A DNA stretch of 63,748 nt, filler included, from Octopus bimaculoides (taxonomy: Eukaryota): the NCBI RefSeq assembly GCF_001194135.2. It is 3 parts of 3 records of this genome, joined end to end, with 100 filler letters (N's around TTAATTAATTAA, not from the genome) between each part and the next. Parts side by side here need not be neighbours in the genome. Positions count along the whole stretch, not along the records: positions 1 to 28,478 come from NC_068986.1; 2 more parts are not named here. The stretch is one strand, 5' to 3'. Positions 10,201-22,850 of this stretch are shown one piece after another; the stretch's first letter is position 1; every line of letters starts with the position of its first letter. A program made the translations under genes and the position numbers. The notes under the pieces were generated by a model. It ran no database searches. It was given only the letters and a program-made list of their open reading frames with translations, and was not told the DNA's origin.

Positions 10201-11149
10201 TTTCTCTCTGTCTCCCCCCCCCACACATACACACACACATACACACGTGTAAACGCGTGTGTGGGTATGTGTATATGTCTCTGCGTATGCACACGGAACT
10301 GTGTTTATTTCAATGTGCACATGTATGTACGTGTTAATGGTGAAAGTGAGCTGTGTGTAGATGGTATCTCTCTTATACCGATGGTTTCGTAGATTTTCAT
10401 GCGTAGCTGTAATATCTAGCAATCTCAACAGCAAGTAAGTTCTGTATAAAACTGGTGATATAAATATTCTCCCAACTTAACACGCAGTCATACAAAAGTA
10501 TATTCATTTACACGCACACATACACACAAACACAAACAGATTCATACACACACACGCACAAAGATACAGGCTTTTACGTATATTCACCCGCGCTCATATT
10601 CGATACTCCACTAATCACAAACAGCTGCATACGCACAAACACACTCACAAGTCGATATACATTCACACTCAAACATACAGACGCAAACATATTCATATGC
10701 GCACACATATATTCTGTTTAGCGCACGCATATGAATAAACAAACAAACACATATATACGTTCGATGGTCGGTTTAATCAACTATATTATCTCTCTTACAA
10801 AATATGTAGTCTTTCCACCACAGTAAGCAATCAATATATTTGTTTATAAATACGTGGCGAGTGCTGTAAGGCGAAGGATACGTTCAGAGTACGCTAAGAC
10901 CACGATGTAATTTTTCTTTTATTAATTCTGATGGGTGATCGTTGATTACAGGTTCATAACAAGGCTGTCACTGGTTTACTCCATTTCTAACGGAAGGGAG
11001 TATCTGTAGCTCGTCGGAGAACAAATATTGCAAGGTCTTTGTTCGTAAAGCACTAGCGTCGTGGCTTTCTTGCCAATGTGTACATTCTTCGCTGATGTAT
11101 ATTGACGAATTTACACAATTACACATATATATAGACACCAAAGGCAACG

Positions 11150-11335
11150 ATCTGACAGGATCGTTAGCACGCCGGGCGAAATGCTACGTTGTGGGTTCAA
11201 ATTCTTCAGGGGTCAACTTTGTCTTTTATCCATTCGGGGTTGACAGAATAAAATACAAGTCGAACATTGAAATTGATGTAATTGACCAGGTTCCTCCCCT
11301 AAAATTTCAGGCTTTGTGCATGTAGTAGAAAGAAT
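11150..11335 (+). mobile_element. SINE family B, degenerate (intronic)
   Basis: CGTTAGCACGCCGGGCGAAATGCT...GGTTCAAATTC...GGGGTTGACAGAAT...AAAATTTCAGGCTTTGTGC. Confidence 0.75.
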
Positions 11336-11457
11336 TACACACATACAAGCACACACGAACACACACACACGCACACACACACACGCACACACACACACAC
11401 ATACACACACTCACAAAAAACATACACACACACACACACACACACGCATATATATAT

Positions 11458-11756
11458 GAGACACGGTTCAGTTTCCGTCTAACAACTTCACTCATATGTC
11501 TACATAAGTATACACACACACATACACACACACACACGCACATACACACACACACATACACAGACAGACAGACAGACACACACACACACACACACGAAAC
11601 ATAGTTCAGTTTCTGTCTAACAATTTCACTCACATTTATACACACACACATACACTCACACACACACACACACTCACACACACTCACAGACATACATACA
11701 CACACACATATATATGAGACATGGTTCAGTTTTCCTCTAACAATTTCACTCATACG

Positions 11757-11820
<64 letters not shown>

Positions 11821-11978
11821 AGAAACATGGTTCAGTTTCCGTCAAAGACTTTCACTCACAAAACATTGGTCGGCTCGGTGCTACAGTCGAAGATACTTGC
11901 TCAAGGTGTCGGACAGTGAGACTGAAACCATGTGGCTGCAAAGCAAGTTTCCTAACCACACAGTCACGCAAGCGCCTA
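11458..11978 (-). mobile_element. SINE family C head (11822-11978) plus three further tandem copies of its 37-bp segment separated by (CA)n
   Basis: 37-mers at 11458, 11596, 11716 and 11822, consensus GARACAYGGTTCAGTTTCCGTCTAACAAYTTCACTCA. The last copy continues into a reverse-oriented family C head. Confidence 0.85.
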
Positions 11979-12271
11979 TATTAGAAATAACAATGAAATT
12001 ACCCTTAAATCACCCTCAAGCGTTAAAAAAAACAAATAAAAAGGAAAGAAGCGAAAGACACATTGAATAATGTAATTGGTTGAAAAGAAAACAGAATGGC
12101 CACGGTCGGAACGTATTTTGCCATAGGTCTGCATGGTCAGAACTTATATAGGGATTAAACTATGAATAATATACGGAATTTAGCTAAATTTGCTCTCATT
12201 CTGTACCGACACAATGGGGACTAGTCAGGCTTTCTGTATAATACATATTTCTGACTATCTAATATTCTAAA

Positions 12272-12860
12272 CCTGTCCTTTTCCTTAATGGCATCTCAAC
12301 TTTGGAGAATTCTTGAATCTTGCGGTTATCTCCCCTTCTCAAGTGGAGCTGACCTTAATTGCTATTTTATAAATAGGATATACACGTTAAGGGCGGATAT
12401 AGTTTTAATAAATCGAGAATTTTTGTCGTATGGTATTTCATATAACTGTATTTGTCTATGTTATTCAAATACATGCCACTGGTCACCCTGAGTTATTTCT
12501 TTTACCTCATTTTTGTTAAAATTATGCATATTACCAAAGCTCTAATTTTTTTTTGTATAAGTCTAAGTCCTTTGGCTACTGAGTCAAGGGCGATCAACTC
12601 TCTTGCTGATAATGGCTATTGAGTTAGAAACATATCTCCCTGACTGTCCATTTCCTTAAAGGTATGTCAGTTTTGGACAAATATTGAATCTTAAGATTAT
12701 CTCCCCTTCTCAAATCAAGTTGATCTAATTATCATATAGTTATGATACATCCTCTAGAGGTGAATATAGTTTTATTGAGGCAAAAATTTATGTTGTATGA
12801 TATTTAATATACCTGTATTTGTCTATGTTGTTCAAATACAAGCTACTGGTCATGCAGTTG
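12272..12860 (+). repeat. Diverged local duplication of about 220 bp (about 12272-12490 and 12643-12855)
   Basis: Shared anchors TTTCCTTAA, TTGAATCTT, TTATCTCCCCTTCTCAA, ATATAGTTTTA and CTGTATTTGTCTATGTT.TTCAAATACA occur in the same order. Confidence 0.8.
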
Positions 12861-13825
12861 CCTCTCTTAGCTAATTTTTATTTATATATACAATAACCTC
12901 CCTGGATAGTTTACACATCCTACGTTACGTTACGGACACGGCTATGCCTTCGCCTCATCTAACATGACAAAGAAGAAATATTGGGCGTCATGAATTCATC
13001 ATTTTATATTATTAATATTTAATTCATGACACTTTCTGACATTATAATTTTAGCAACATGCGATATCACGTGACTAGGCAATACATTTGATGGAAAAACA
13101 CCCCAATCCCAACAAAAGAAACTAATTATATAAACATGTGATACAAAATGGTATTTAACTAATTAATAATTGATTCATTAGATACTGTCTATTGAATTAG
13201 CGTATAAGCAAAATGTCAGAAATGCATGTTCAATCAGATATAGTGGTCACGGGTGATGGAAACCTTTACACAAGCCAATGAGAGAGTGTTAATGTGTTAG
13301 TCCATCTTGCTAGAAATAGCAGTCGAAATAGCAGTCGAATCTGTTTCGCAAATTATTCAAACGTCTTTAGAAAACAACATATGGGACACTACAGTCAAAA
13401 TACATACTTGCATAAATACATACATACAGTGTGTGTGTATGTACACACATATATATATCCCTCCACAGACACATACGCATATATATATATATATATGAGG
13501 ACGGGAAAACTTCATAAGTGTATATGTGTATGCGCGCGCACGTGTACACACACACACACACATGGAGACATGTGAATTTGGTCACTTGACTTGCTAGACA
13601 AAGCACCTAAATTTTCATCCAAATCCCATCGTCATTTTACTATCTTCAAAAAAGAAACAAGAAACAGAAAAAAAAAAGAAAAGAAAGAAAAAAAAGCACT
13701 ATGTATTATCTAGTTCTGGGTATTAACTGCAAATAATATAGGTTGGTCATGTCTGGAACGCTCTGTCTAAACAACAACCTCATTATCAACAATAATGTTA
13801 TGTATGTCTTCTGTCTCTATTGTAG

Positions 13826-13961
13826 GCCTTCATGTCTTGTTTTCTTGGAGTCGACGCGCTTGGATATTTAATGACGTCTTTCGGCCTGTGTGCCGCAGCG
13901 GCCTCTTTTATGTCAACCTATGTGGTGCCAATGCGCTATCGGACAATGGTATACACCACAG
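13826..13961 (+). CDS. UNC93A: UNC-93-like coding exon (AFMSCFLGVDALGYLMTSFGLC...MVYTT)
   Basis: Acceptor CTCTATTGTAG|, donor ACAG|GTAAGT; 136 nt, phase 0 to 1. Matches the UNC93A segment YVTC.LG...VGYVMICF. Confidence 0.92.
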
Positions 13962-14069
13962 GTAAGTTGTGTACATTCAAATATACAGGCGCATACAGAC
14001 AGACAGAGAAAAACATACACTCGTGCATATCATTATCATATATTATTTAAATATTGTCTGTTTTGTGGG

Positions 14070-14407
14070 ATATGTGTGTGAGAGAAGAAGAGAAAAGAGA
14101 AATAGAAAGAAAAAGAAGACAAATGAGCGAGGGGAAAGGGGGGAATAAGATTTGTGTGTTGGGGGGGATGTGTGTGTGTGTGTGTGTAGGGTGTGGGCTT
14201 AGATATATGTGAGAGTGTGTGAGTATATGTGGGGAAAAAAGAGCGAGGGAAAGAATGAGGCTTTTAAGGGGAGATGATGATGATAAAGAGAATAATGAGG
14301 TTATCGAGAGAGAAGCAGAGATGGAGAAAGAGAGAGGAAGGGAGAAAGGAGAGAGGAGAAAGAAGGACAAAGAGAGGGAGGGAGAGGAGAAAGAGAGAGA
14401 GAGAGAA

Positions 14408-14447
<40 letters not shown>

Positions 14448-14820
14448 CGAGCGGGCGGAGGAAAGGGAAACAAGGCGTGTGAAGCGCAATGAAGAGTGTA
14501 ATAAACGGAGAGAGAGAGGGAGAGAGAGAGAGAGTGAGTGAGAGAGAGTAGGAGGGAAAGTGAGAGAGAGAGAGAGAAAGAAAATGGAGGAGGGAGAGTG
14601 AAAGATAGAGAAAAGGAAAGGGGAGAGAGTGAAAGAAAAAAAGAGAGAGAAGGAAGAGAGGAGAAACAAAGTGAAGACAAGTGCATGAGGGAAACAATAG
14701 AGTAATAAATGCAGAGAGAGAGAGAGAGAAAAGAAAAGTTAGAGAGAGAGAGAAAAGAAAAGTTAGAGAGACAGATGGAGAGAGATAGAGAGAGGGAAAG
14801 AAAGTAATAGAGAAAGACTT
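14070..14820. repeat. GA-rich low-complexity / (GA)n tract
   Basis: Directly visible. Confidence 0.9.
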
Positions 14821-15258
14821 AATAGTAAGCCGCGTTATNNNNNNNNNNNNNNNNNNNNNNNNNNNNNNNNNNNNNNNNNNNNNNNNNNNNNNNNNNNNNN
14901 NNNNNNNNNNNNNNNNNNNNNNNNNNNNNNNNNNNNNNNNNNNNNNNNNNNNNNNNNNNNNNNNNNNNNNNNNNNNNNNNNNNNNNNNNNNNNNNNNNNN
15001 NNNNNNNNNNNNNNNNNNNNNNNNNNNNNNNNNNNNNNNNNNNNNNNNNNNNNNNNNNNNNNNNNNNNNNNNNNNNNNNNNNNNNNNNNNNNNNNNNNNN
15101 NNNNNNNNNNNNNNNNNNNNNNNNNNNNNNNNNNNNNNNNNNNNNNNNNNNNNNNNNNNNNNNNNNNNNNNNNNNNNNNNNNNNNNNNNNNNNNNNNNNN
15201 NNNNNNNNNNNNNNNNNNNNNNNNNNNNNNNNNNNNNNNNNNNNNNNNNNNNNNNNNG

Positions 15259-16017
15259 GAGTCGATAAATTAAGTATCCGTTGCGTACTGGGGTCGAACT
15301 AATCGACTGAACCCTCCTACAAAATTTCGGGCCTTGTACCTAGAGTAAGAAAGAATATTTACAATATATACTTCCTTTAAGGCGTTAGCACGCCGGGCAA
15401 AATGCTTAGCGGCATTTCGTCTGCCGTTACGTCCCGAGTTCAAATTCCGCCGAAGTCGACTTCACCTTTTATCCTTCCAGGGTCGATAAATTAAGTACCA
15501 GTTACGCACTGGGGTCGTTGCAATCGACTTAATCCCTTTGTCTGTCCGTGTTTGTCACCCTCTATGCTTAGCCCCTTGTGGGCAATAAAGAAATAAGAAA
15601 CGTTAGCACGCTGGGCGAAATGCTTAGCGGTATTTCGTCCACCGCTACATTCTGAGTTCAAATTCCGCCGACGTCGACTTTGCCTTTCATCCTTTCAGGG
15701 TCGATAAATTAAGTACCAGTTACGTACTGAAGTCGTTGCAATCGACTTAACCCCTTTGTCTGTCCTTGTTTGTCCCCTCTATGTTTAGCCCCTTGTGGGC
15801 AAGATATAAGATATAAGAAACGTTAGCACGCTGGGCGAATGCTTAGCATTATTTCGTCTGACTTTACGTTCTGAGCTCAAATTCTGCCGAGGTTGACTTC
15901 ACCTTTTATACTTTCGGTGTCGATAAATTAAGAACCAGTCGAACATTGGGTTCGATCTAATCGATTAGCCTCTATCCCCCAAACCTCAGGCTTTGTACTT
16001 AAAGTGGAAAGGACTAT
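15259..16017 (+). mobile_element. Head-to-tail array of SINE family B: 3' half at 15259-15360, then units at 15383, 15601 and 15821
   Basis: Periods of 218 and 220 nt. Each unit reads CGTTAGCACG..GAGTTCAAATTC..TTTCATCCTTTC.GGGTCGATAAATTAAGTACCAG..CTGGGGTCG. Confidence 0.9.
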
Positions 16018-16049
16018 TACAGATTTCTCTGTAGTTACGTTCTGAGTTT

Positions 16050-16400
16050 GGAGACGCAATGGCCTAGTGGTCAGGGCAGCGGACACGCGGTCATAGGGTC
16101 GCGGTTTCGATTCCCAGACCGGGCGTTGTGAGTGTTTATTGAGCCAAAACACCTAAAGCTCCACAAGGCTCCGGCAGGGGATGGTGGCGAACCGTGTTGT
16201 ACTCTTTCACCACAACTTTCTCTCACTCTTACTTCCTGTTTCTGTTGTGTCTGTAATTCAAAGGGTCAGCCCTGTCACACTGTGTCACGCTTAATATCCC
16301 CGAGATCTACGTCAAGGGTACACGTGTCTATGGAGTGCTCAGCTGTTCCGTTGATCGGATCAACTGGAACCCTCGTCGTCGTAAGCGACGGAGTGCCAAC
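16050..16400 (+). mobile_element. tRNA-derived SINE, family A
   Basis: TGGCCTAGTGG (A-box-like) and GGTTTCGATTCC (B-box-like). Aligns with the inverted copy at 1553-1893 apart from a ~30-nt internal deletion. Confidence 0.85.
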
Positions 16401-16924
16401 GAACGGATGTATGTATGTATGTCTAAATATACATCTTTTCAAAAGACGTTTTTATAAAAATTTTATTGGAAGTTTTATTCAGTTGTTACTTAATTACACA
16501 ACAATCTGAAGTAACTCACCTCCCCCATTTCTTGTGCGTGTAAACCACGTGACGTAACACTGACCTTAAACCTTAATATACGTATTTTATATAAAAAAGC
16601 AGTCCTTGTCATATAAAAACAGACCTTTCAGACCCTTGGAACGAGAGGGGAAGTCAACAAATCACTGAAATGGTTGTAAATGGCGACGAAAAAGCTTTGA
16701 CCTACAATCAACCGTTTGATTGTTTAACTAGCACATCAAACAAACAATCGATTAATTAGTTGTTTGGACATCTAATCAATTGACTTGCAATAAAGAAGGA
16801 AAATCGAACCAGATCGTATATTATTATTGGCTTATAACCCTCTCAAGAAACAATAAAATTATATTAAAAACATATTTATAAATTATAATATTTCTAAATC
16901 ATGCTCTTTGTTTTTGATCAACAG

Positions 16925-17056
16925 TTACCGTATTGAACTTGCTTCTCCTCCTTTGGATGCGATTCTGGAAGATCACATCTTTCAATAATGTTTTAGTATA
17001 CATATTAAGTGGATTCCTGGGTGTTACAGAAGGTCTTTGGACAACGTACACCAACA
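16925..17056 (+). CDS. UNC93A: UNC-93-like coding exon (VTVLNLLLLLWMRFWK...SGFLGVTEGLWTTYTN); absent from the ORF track
   Basis: Acceptor TTTTTGATCAACAG|, donor AACA|GTAAGT; 132 nt, phase 1 to 1, open frame. Matches the UNC93A segment LLLWRP...FSGLWGVADAVWQTQNN. Confidence 0.9.
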
Positions 17057-18503
17057 GTAAGTAACGATTTCTTATGTTTTAGTGTGCTTTCTTCTAAACC
17101 TCACTAACTTCATTTTGACGGATGATAGCACTAGATTTCTTTAAATTTGCCTATTTTCTCCCAACTCTCTTTATATCTAAATACATACATACATGCATAC
17201 ATATATGAAAAAGGGAACACCTACGCTGAATAATTTGCAGTTACTCAGTTACTCTGTCCAGATTACAAGTTTAGGCTTATACCTACCTGTAATTATAAGG
17301 GACCCTGAGATATGCATTACACTGCCTAACTAACAATCTTGAGAAATTAGCCTTCTCAAAACTAGAAAGGAGAAAGTTAATTCGAAGATTACAGAGCCAA
17401 TTTATCACTGGAAGTGTAAAAATCTGTAAAACTTTTCAGAAGTTTATCATTAAAATATATATGAACATGTCTAGATATGTAGCTATATGCATGAGAATAC
17501 ATAAAGAAAACATACAAATCTGCACATACATACATACATACATACATACATAATACATACATACATACATACATATATACATACATACATACATATATGC
17601 ATACATACCAACAAAAATACCCTGTTGTTGATGTTGAAATTCCAGTGAAGTAACCTTGGATCTAGGTTAGAAACCGGTTCTTTCTCTATTAGCAAGAATC
17701 TTGAAATAAACTGAATAATGACATACATACATACATAAATACATACATGCATGCATACATACATAATACATACATACATACATACATACATACATACGTA
17801 CATTCAAGATGGCTGCAAACTCGTGTTCGAGTATTGCCATCACCTGATTGAAATCCCACATATGCAAAGGCTACGACCAGCCATTTTTGTTATATGTCTT
17901 ACTTTATTTTTTCAAGCGATGTCTATGCATGATGATTTTTATAGTGGGAAAATGATTTGCACAAATCCAGTCCCACTCTCTGAACATGGACAATATAATC
18001 TCGAAAAAAAAGAACTAGTCTGCATCATCGAATATTGTCAGTGTCGCAGGTTTTCACTCAGAGTTTCCATCTCCTAGAAAGATGTTGTGGCAACAACAGA
18101 AGGGCCTCCTATATATATATATATATATATNNNNNNNNNNNNNNNNNNNNNNNNNNNNNNNNNNNNNNNNNNNNNNNNNNNNNNNNNNNNNNNNNNNNNN
18201 NNNNNNNNNNNNNNNNNNNNNNNNNNNNNNNNNNNNNNNNNNNNNNNNNNNNNNNNNNNNNNNNNNNNNNNNNNNNNNNNNNNNNNNNNNNNNNNNNNNN
18301 NNNNNNNNNNNNNNNNNNNNNNNNNNNNNNNNNNNNNNNNNNNNNNNNNNNNNNNNNNNNNNNNNNNNNNNNNNNNNNNNNNNNNNNNNNNNNNNNNNNN
18401 NNNNNNNNNNNNNNNNNNNNNNNTATATATATATATATACTAATATATACTTTTGTTATTTACACCACCTGTCCTCGTCTGTTGTTATTTTTTGTATATT
18501 CTC

Positions 18504-18534
<31 letters not shown>

Positions 18535-18537
<3 letters not shown>

Positions 18538-18680
18538 GACGGGCTTCCACAAAGTTCCTATCAATAAAATTTCACTCACGATGCATTGCTCAGCCTGGGA
18601 TTATAACAGAAAACACTTTCCCAAGGTGCAAAGCAATAGGACTGAACCCGAAAGCACCTGGTTGCAAACCAGGTAAATGG
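18535..18680 (-). mobile_element. Degenerate SINE family C head (intronic)
   Basis: Reverse complement contains CACCTTGGGAAAGTGTTTTCTG...GTGAGTGAAATTT...GAAGCCCGTCG. Confidence 0.65.
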
Positions 18681-18876
18681 TGTACTAGTTATTCTACCAC
18701 TATCTGTTTTACCAGACAATTTATCGAATATTCTCCCAATTATATCAGATACTTCACCAGATGTTCTATCAGTTTTACGAAACATTCTTTACCAAACAAT
18801 TACCCTAGATATTGAATCGGTTATTTTACAATGTATTATGCCAACCATATCAAACTCATTTAATATTTTACCGGCA

Positions 18877-18993
18877 GCAAGGCGGTGAGCTGGCGGAACC
18901 GTTAACACGCGGGGCAAAATTCTTAGCGGCTTTTCGTTCGTCTTTACATTCTGAGTTCGAATTCCGCTAAGGTCGACGTTGCCTTTCATCTTT
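18877..18993 (+). mobile_element. 3'-truncated SINE family B with intact head (intronic)
   Basis: GCAAGGCGGTGAGCTGGCGGAACCGTTAACACG...CTGAGTTCGAATTCCGC...TTGCCTTTCATC. Confidence 0.8.
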
Positions 18994-19206
18994 TATCATT
19001 TGCTGTACTAGTGGCCTACAGCTGTTTCGACAAATGTTCAACAGATTTTACTCCTGTTGCTTTTTCGCCAGACGCATTACCAGGCATTTTGTGAGTCATT
19101 TTTACAGATATTTTACCACTTCTTATATTTGTTCTTGTTTCCTTAGTTGATGTTACGCTTTTCTTTAGCAGATATATTATACCTTATAATTTTTTTCCCT
19201 CCACAG

Positions 19207-19403
19207 GTCTACCGGGCATTCTATTCTCTGAAAATCTAGAGGCGGCCTATTCTAACTTCCAGCTGGTCATCGCAGTGGCCATGATGACTGGTTATTCATA
19301 CGCACACCAGCTATGTATGGTGGAGAAGATCTATTTGAATGCTGCAGCCTGTATAACTGCATACATTGCATATTTGGTTCTTCAGAAATTCAAAAAGACC
19401 TGA
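19207..19403 (+). CDS. UNC93A: UNC-93-like last coding exon (LPGILFSENLEAAYSNFQL...KFKKT*); this frame is absent from the ORF track
   Basis: Acceptor TTTTTTCCCTCCACAG|; phase 1, open to TGA at 19401-19403. Matches the UNC93A segment LYGVLF..KEAAFANYRLW..LG...YS.FLC..VKLYI. Confidence 0.92.
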
Positions 19404-19498
19404 CACCATCTACCATGGCGACTTTCTCTATTTCACATTTTATGTCTGATTGTGTAACTATCTGTCTGCCTAAATGCCTGCCTATCCGTGTGTGTGTG

Positions 19499-19573
<75 letters not shown>

Positions 19574-19778
19574 GTCTGTCTGTCTATTGTATCTGGCTAG
19601 ATATTTATATATCAGCTGTTTGTGTCTTTCTTGTCTGCTAATCTCTCCTTCTATATGTCACACAAACACCCAGACAAAAATATGTATGTGTGTGTGCGGG
19701 GGAGAGGATGCAGCATTTAATAAGATATTATATATAATACGTATATTACTATTGCACATACATATATATGCATTTGTG

Positions 19779-19830
<52 letters not shown>

Positions 19831-21019
19831 CATATATAGATGTATATAAATACATATATATATGAATAATATGCATATATATATATAATTATGTGTGTTT
19901 TGTGTGTGTGTGTGCGCGTGTGCGCGTGTATTTATGTACATATATGTGAGTGTTTTGGAGTCTCTGTCGGTTTTTATTATGAACATTTTGTTCAGTCAAC
20001 TGAACTGTCTTCTAGTCAAGATAACGAGAAAGTGGCTGAATATCCCACACACTTATGTACCTTCAACTTAATCCTATGGCCAAATCAGTGTGCCACGGTA
20101 TATGGCAAGACTGGACCTTTAAATTTCAGTACAGTCCATTTGACAGGCTTCCATACAGTTTCCGTCTACTCAGTTTCATTGACGACGCTTGGGTCTACCC
20201 TACTTATGCGTGTGCGTGTGTGTGTTTACCTGTGTTTGCGCGTAAATATGTATGTGCGTATGTATATATGTACGTATATACGTGCATATGTATATTTGTA
20301 TGTATGCATGCATGCATGCATGTACGTATGTATGTGTGNNNNNNNNNNGCACGCGTGTGTGAGTGTATGTAGTGTATGTTATACTTTTGAGTATACAAAG
20401 CTGGAAATCTCTTTCCAGGCTCTCCCTTTAGTTGGTGGCTGGCATGGAATATGATCAACCGAAATACTTTGATATTAACTAAAGGGTTCCCCAAGCTTAT
20501 CGCTGTTGAAACCGGGCCCACAAAGGCCCTCAAAGGCCCTGTATTTTGAACACAGAACGCACATAGTGAGATGGAACCGCAAGGCATCTCGTCGGACATA
20601 TAAACATTCCGCTAATCCGCTGCACTGGATTAGTATTATTTTTCTTATCGGCTCCAACGGTAAAACGAACAGCCGAACTACATGGGATTTGAACTTTGAA
20701 CGCAGAGAGCAGAAACATGTATATAGTTTTCTCTACCTCAATTTCCCTTATCTTTCTATATAATTATACATTTTTAGAGTTATACACACGCACACATGCG
20801 AATACACACACACACACTCACATATATAAATAATAGATGTATATATACACAAGCACGCACGCATACACACACACGCACACACACACACGCATATATCCAC
20901 ATATATAACGCATAAACGCACATCTACTTGTATATGCTTAGACAAATATATCGAAGTATATATATAAGCATACCGAAACACCCACAAATCCACATATATA
21001 ATCCATACATACGCACGCA

Positions 21020-21073
<54 letters not shown>

Positions 21074-22809
21074 NNNNNNNNNNNNNNNNNNNNNNNNNNN
21101 NNNNNNNNNNNNNNNNNNNNNNNNNNNNNNNNNNNNNNNNNNNNNNNNNNNNNNNNNNNNNNNNNNNNNNNNNNNNNNNNNNNNNNNNNNNNNNNNNNNN
21201 NNNNNNNNNNNNNNNNNNNNNNNNNNNNNNNNNNNNNNNNNNNNNNNNNNNNNNNNNNNNNNNNNNNNNNNNNNNNNNNNNNNNNNNNNNNNNNNNNNNN
21301 NNNNNNNNNNNNNNNNNNNNNNNNNNNNNNNNNNNNNNNNNNNNNNNNNNNNNNNNNNNNNNNNNNNNNNNNNNNNNNNNNNNNNNNNNNNNNNNNNNNN
21401 NNNNNNNNNNNNNNNNNNNNNNNNNNNNNNNNNNNNNNNNNNNNNNNNNNNNNNNNNNNNNNNNNNNNNNNNNNNNNNNNNNNNNNNNNNNNNNNNNNNN
21501 NNNNNNNNNNNNNNNNNNNNNNNNNNNNNNNNNNNNNNNNNNNNNNNNNNNNNNNNNNNNNNNNNNNNNNNNNNNNNNNNNNNNNNNNNNNNNNNNNNNN
21601 NNNNNNNNNNNNNNNNNNNNNNNNNNNNNNNNNNNNNNNNNNNNNTGTGTGTGTGTGTGTGTGTGTGTGTGTTTATGTGCTTGTGTGCATGTATATATGC
21701 ATATATATAATGTATATCCATTATATATATATATATGCACACGTACATCTTTGTGTGTGAATATATCTATTTGTAAACGTGAGCCTTGTTGTTTTACATT
21801 AATCCTGAGGCTGTTTTACTGCCAGCAGCCTGAAGGCTGAAGTACGTGAAAAGGCACCTGTTTACTTCATACGAAATCAAGTACCATTGCTTGTACATGA
21901 AACACGAGTTGCTGTATATATATATAACAGATCTTCATAACTAAAAAATGTATCGAGTGCTTTCAATTTATAAACTTATAACCATTATGTGTGCGTGTGC
22001 ATGTATGCGTGTGAATGTGTGTGTGTGTGTGTGTGCGCGCGCGAGTGTATGTGTGTGTGTGTGTGTGTGTATTTGTGAATGCTCCTATTTTAACATCTTT
22101 TTGTGTTGATGTATGTAAAGAAATAAATACAAACCTCCATTGCATATACAAAAGCGGTGCTGAAGCATGGCTTCAATCATGATAGCTTTATTATACTAAA
22201 GAACATACACCTCCTTTATTTGTGTGTGTATATATATATATATAATGCATCTATAATCCATATGATGTATGTAGAATATTTCTTCGTTTTTTAAAAAGTT
22301 ACGTGACTATAGAGAAATAATTAAACACATGCGTACATGCATACATACATACATAAATATGTATATATATATATATATATATNNNNNNNNNNNNNNNNNN
22401 NNNNNNNNNNNNNNNNNNNNNNNNNNNNNNNNNNNNNNNNNNNNNNNNNNNNNNNNNNNNNNNNNNNNNNNNNNNNNNNNNNNNNNNNNNNNNNNNNNNN
22501 NNNNNNNNNNNNNNNNNNNNNNNNNNNNNNNNNNNNNNNNNNNNNNNNNNNNNNNNNNNNNNNNNNNNNNNNNNNNNNNNNNNNNNNNNNNNNNNNNNNN
22601 NNNNNNNNNNNNNNNNNNNNNNNNNNNNNNNNNNNNNNNNNNNNNNNNNNNNNNNNNNNNNNNNNNNNNNNNNNNNNNNNNNNNNNNNNNNNNNNNNNNN
22701 NNNNNNNNNNNNNNNNNNNNNNNNNNNNNNNNNNNNNNNNNNNNNNNNNNNNNNNNNNNNNNNNNNNNNNNNNNNNNNNNNNNNNNNNNNNNNNNNNNNN
22801 NNNNNNNNN

Positions 22810-22850
<41 letters not shown>

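Noticed and set aside
11458-11858. CRISPR array interpretation
   Set aside because: Spacers are microsatellites, the repeat is a SINE segment, no cas genes are present and the context is eukaryotic.
19010-19050. Minus-strand CTGTTGAACATTTGTCGAAACAGCTGTA hammerhead-like string in the last intron
   Set aside because: No stem I pairing, a marginal stem II and a non-canonical core.
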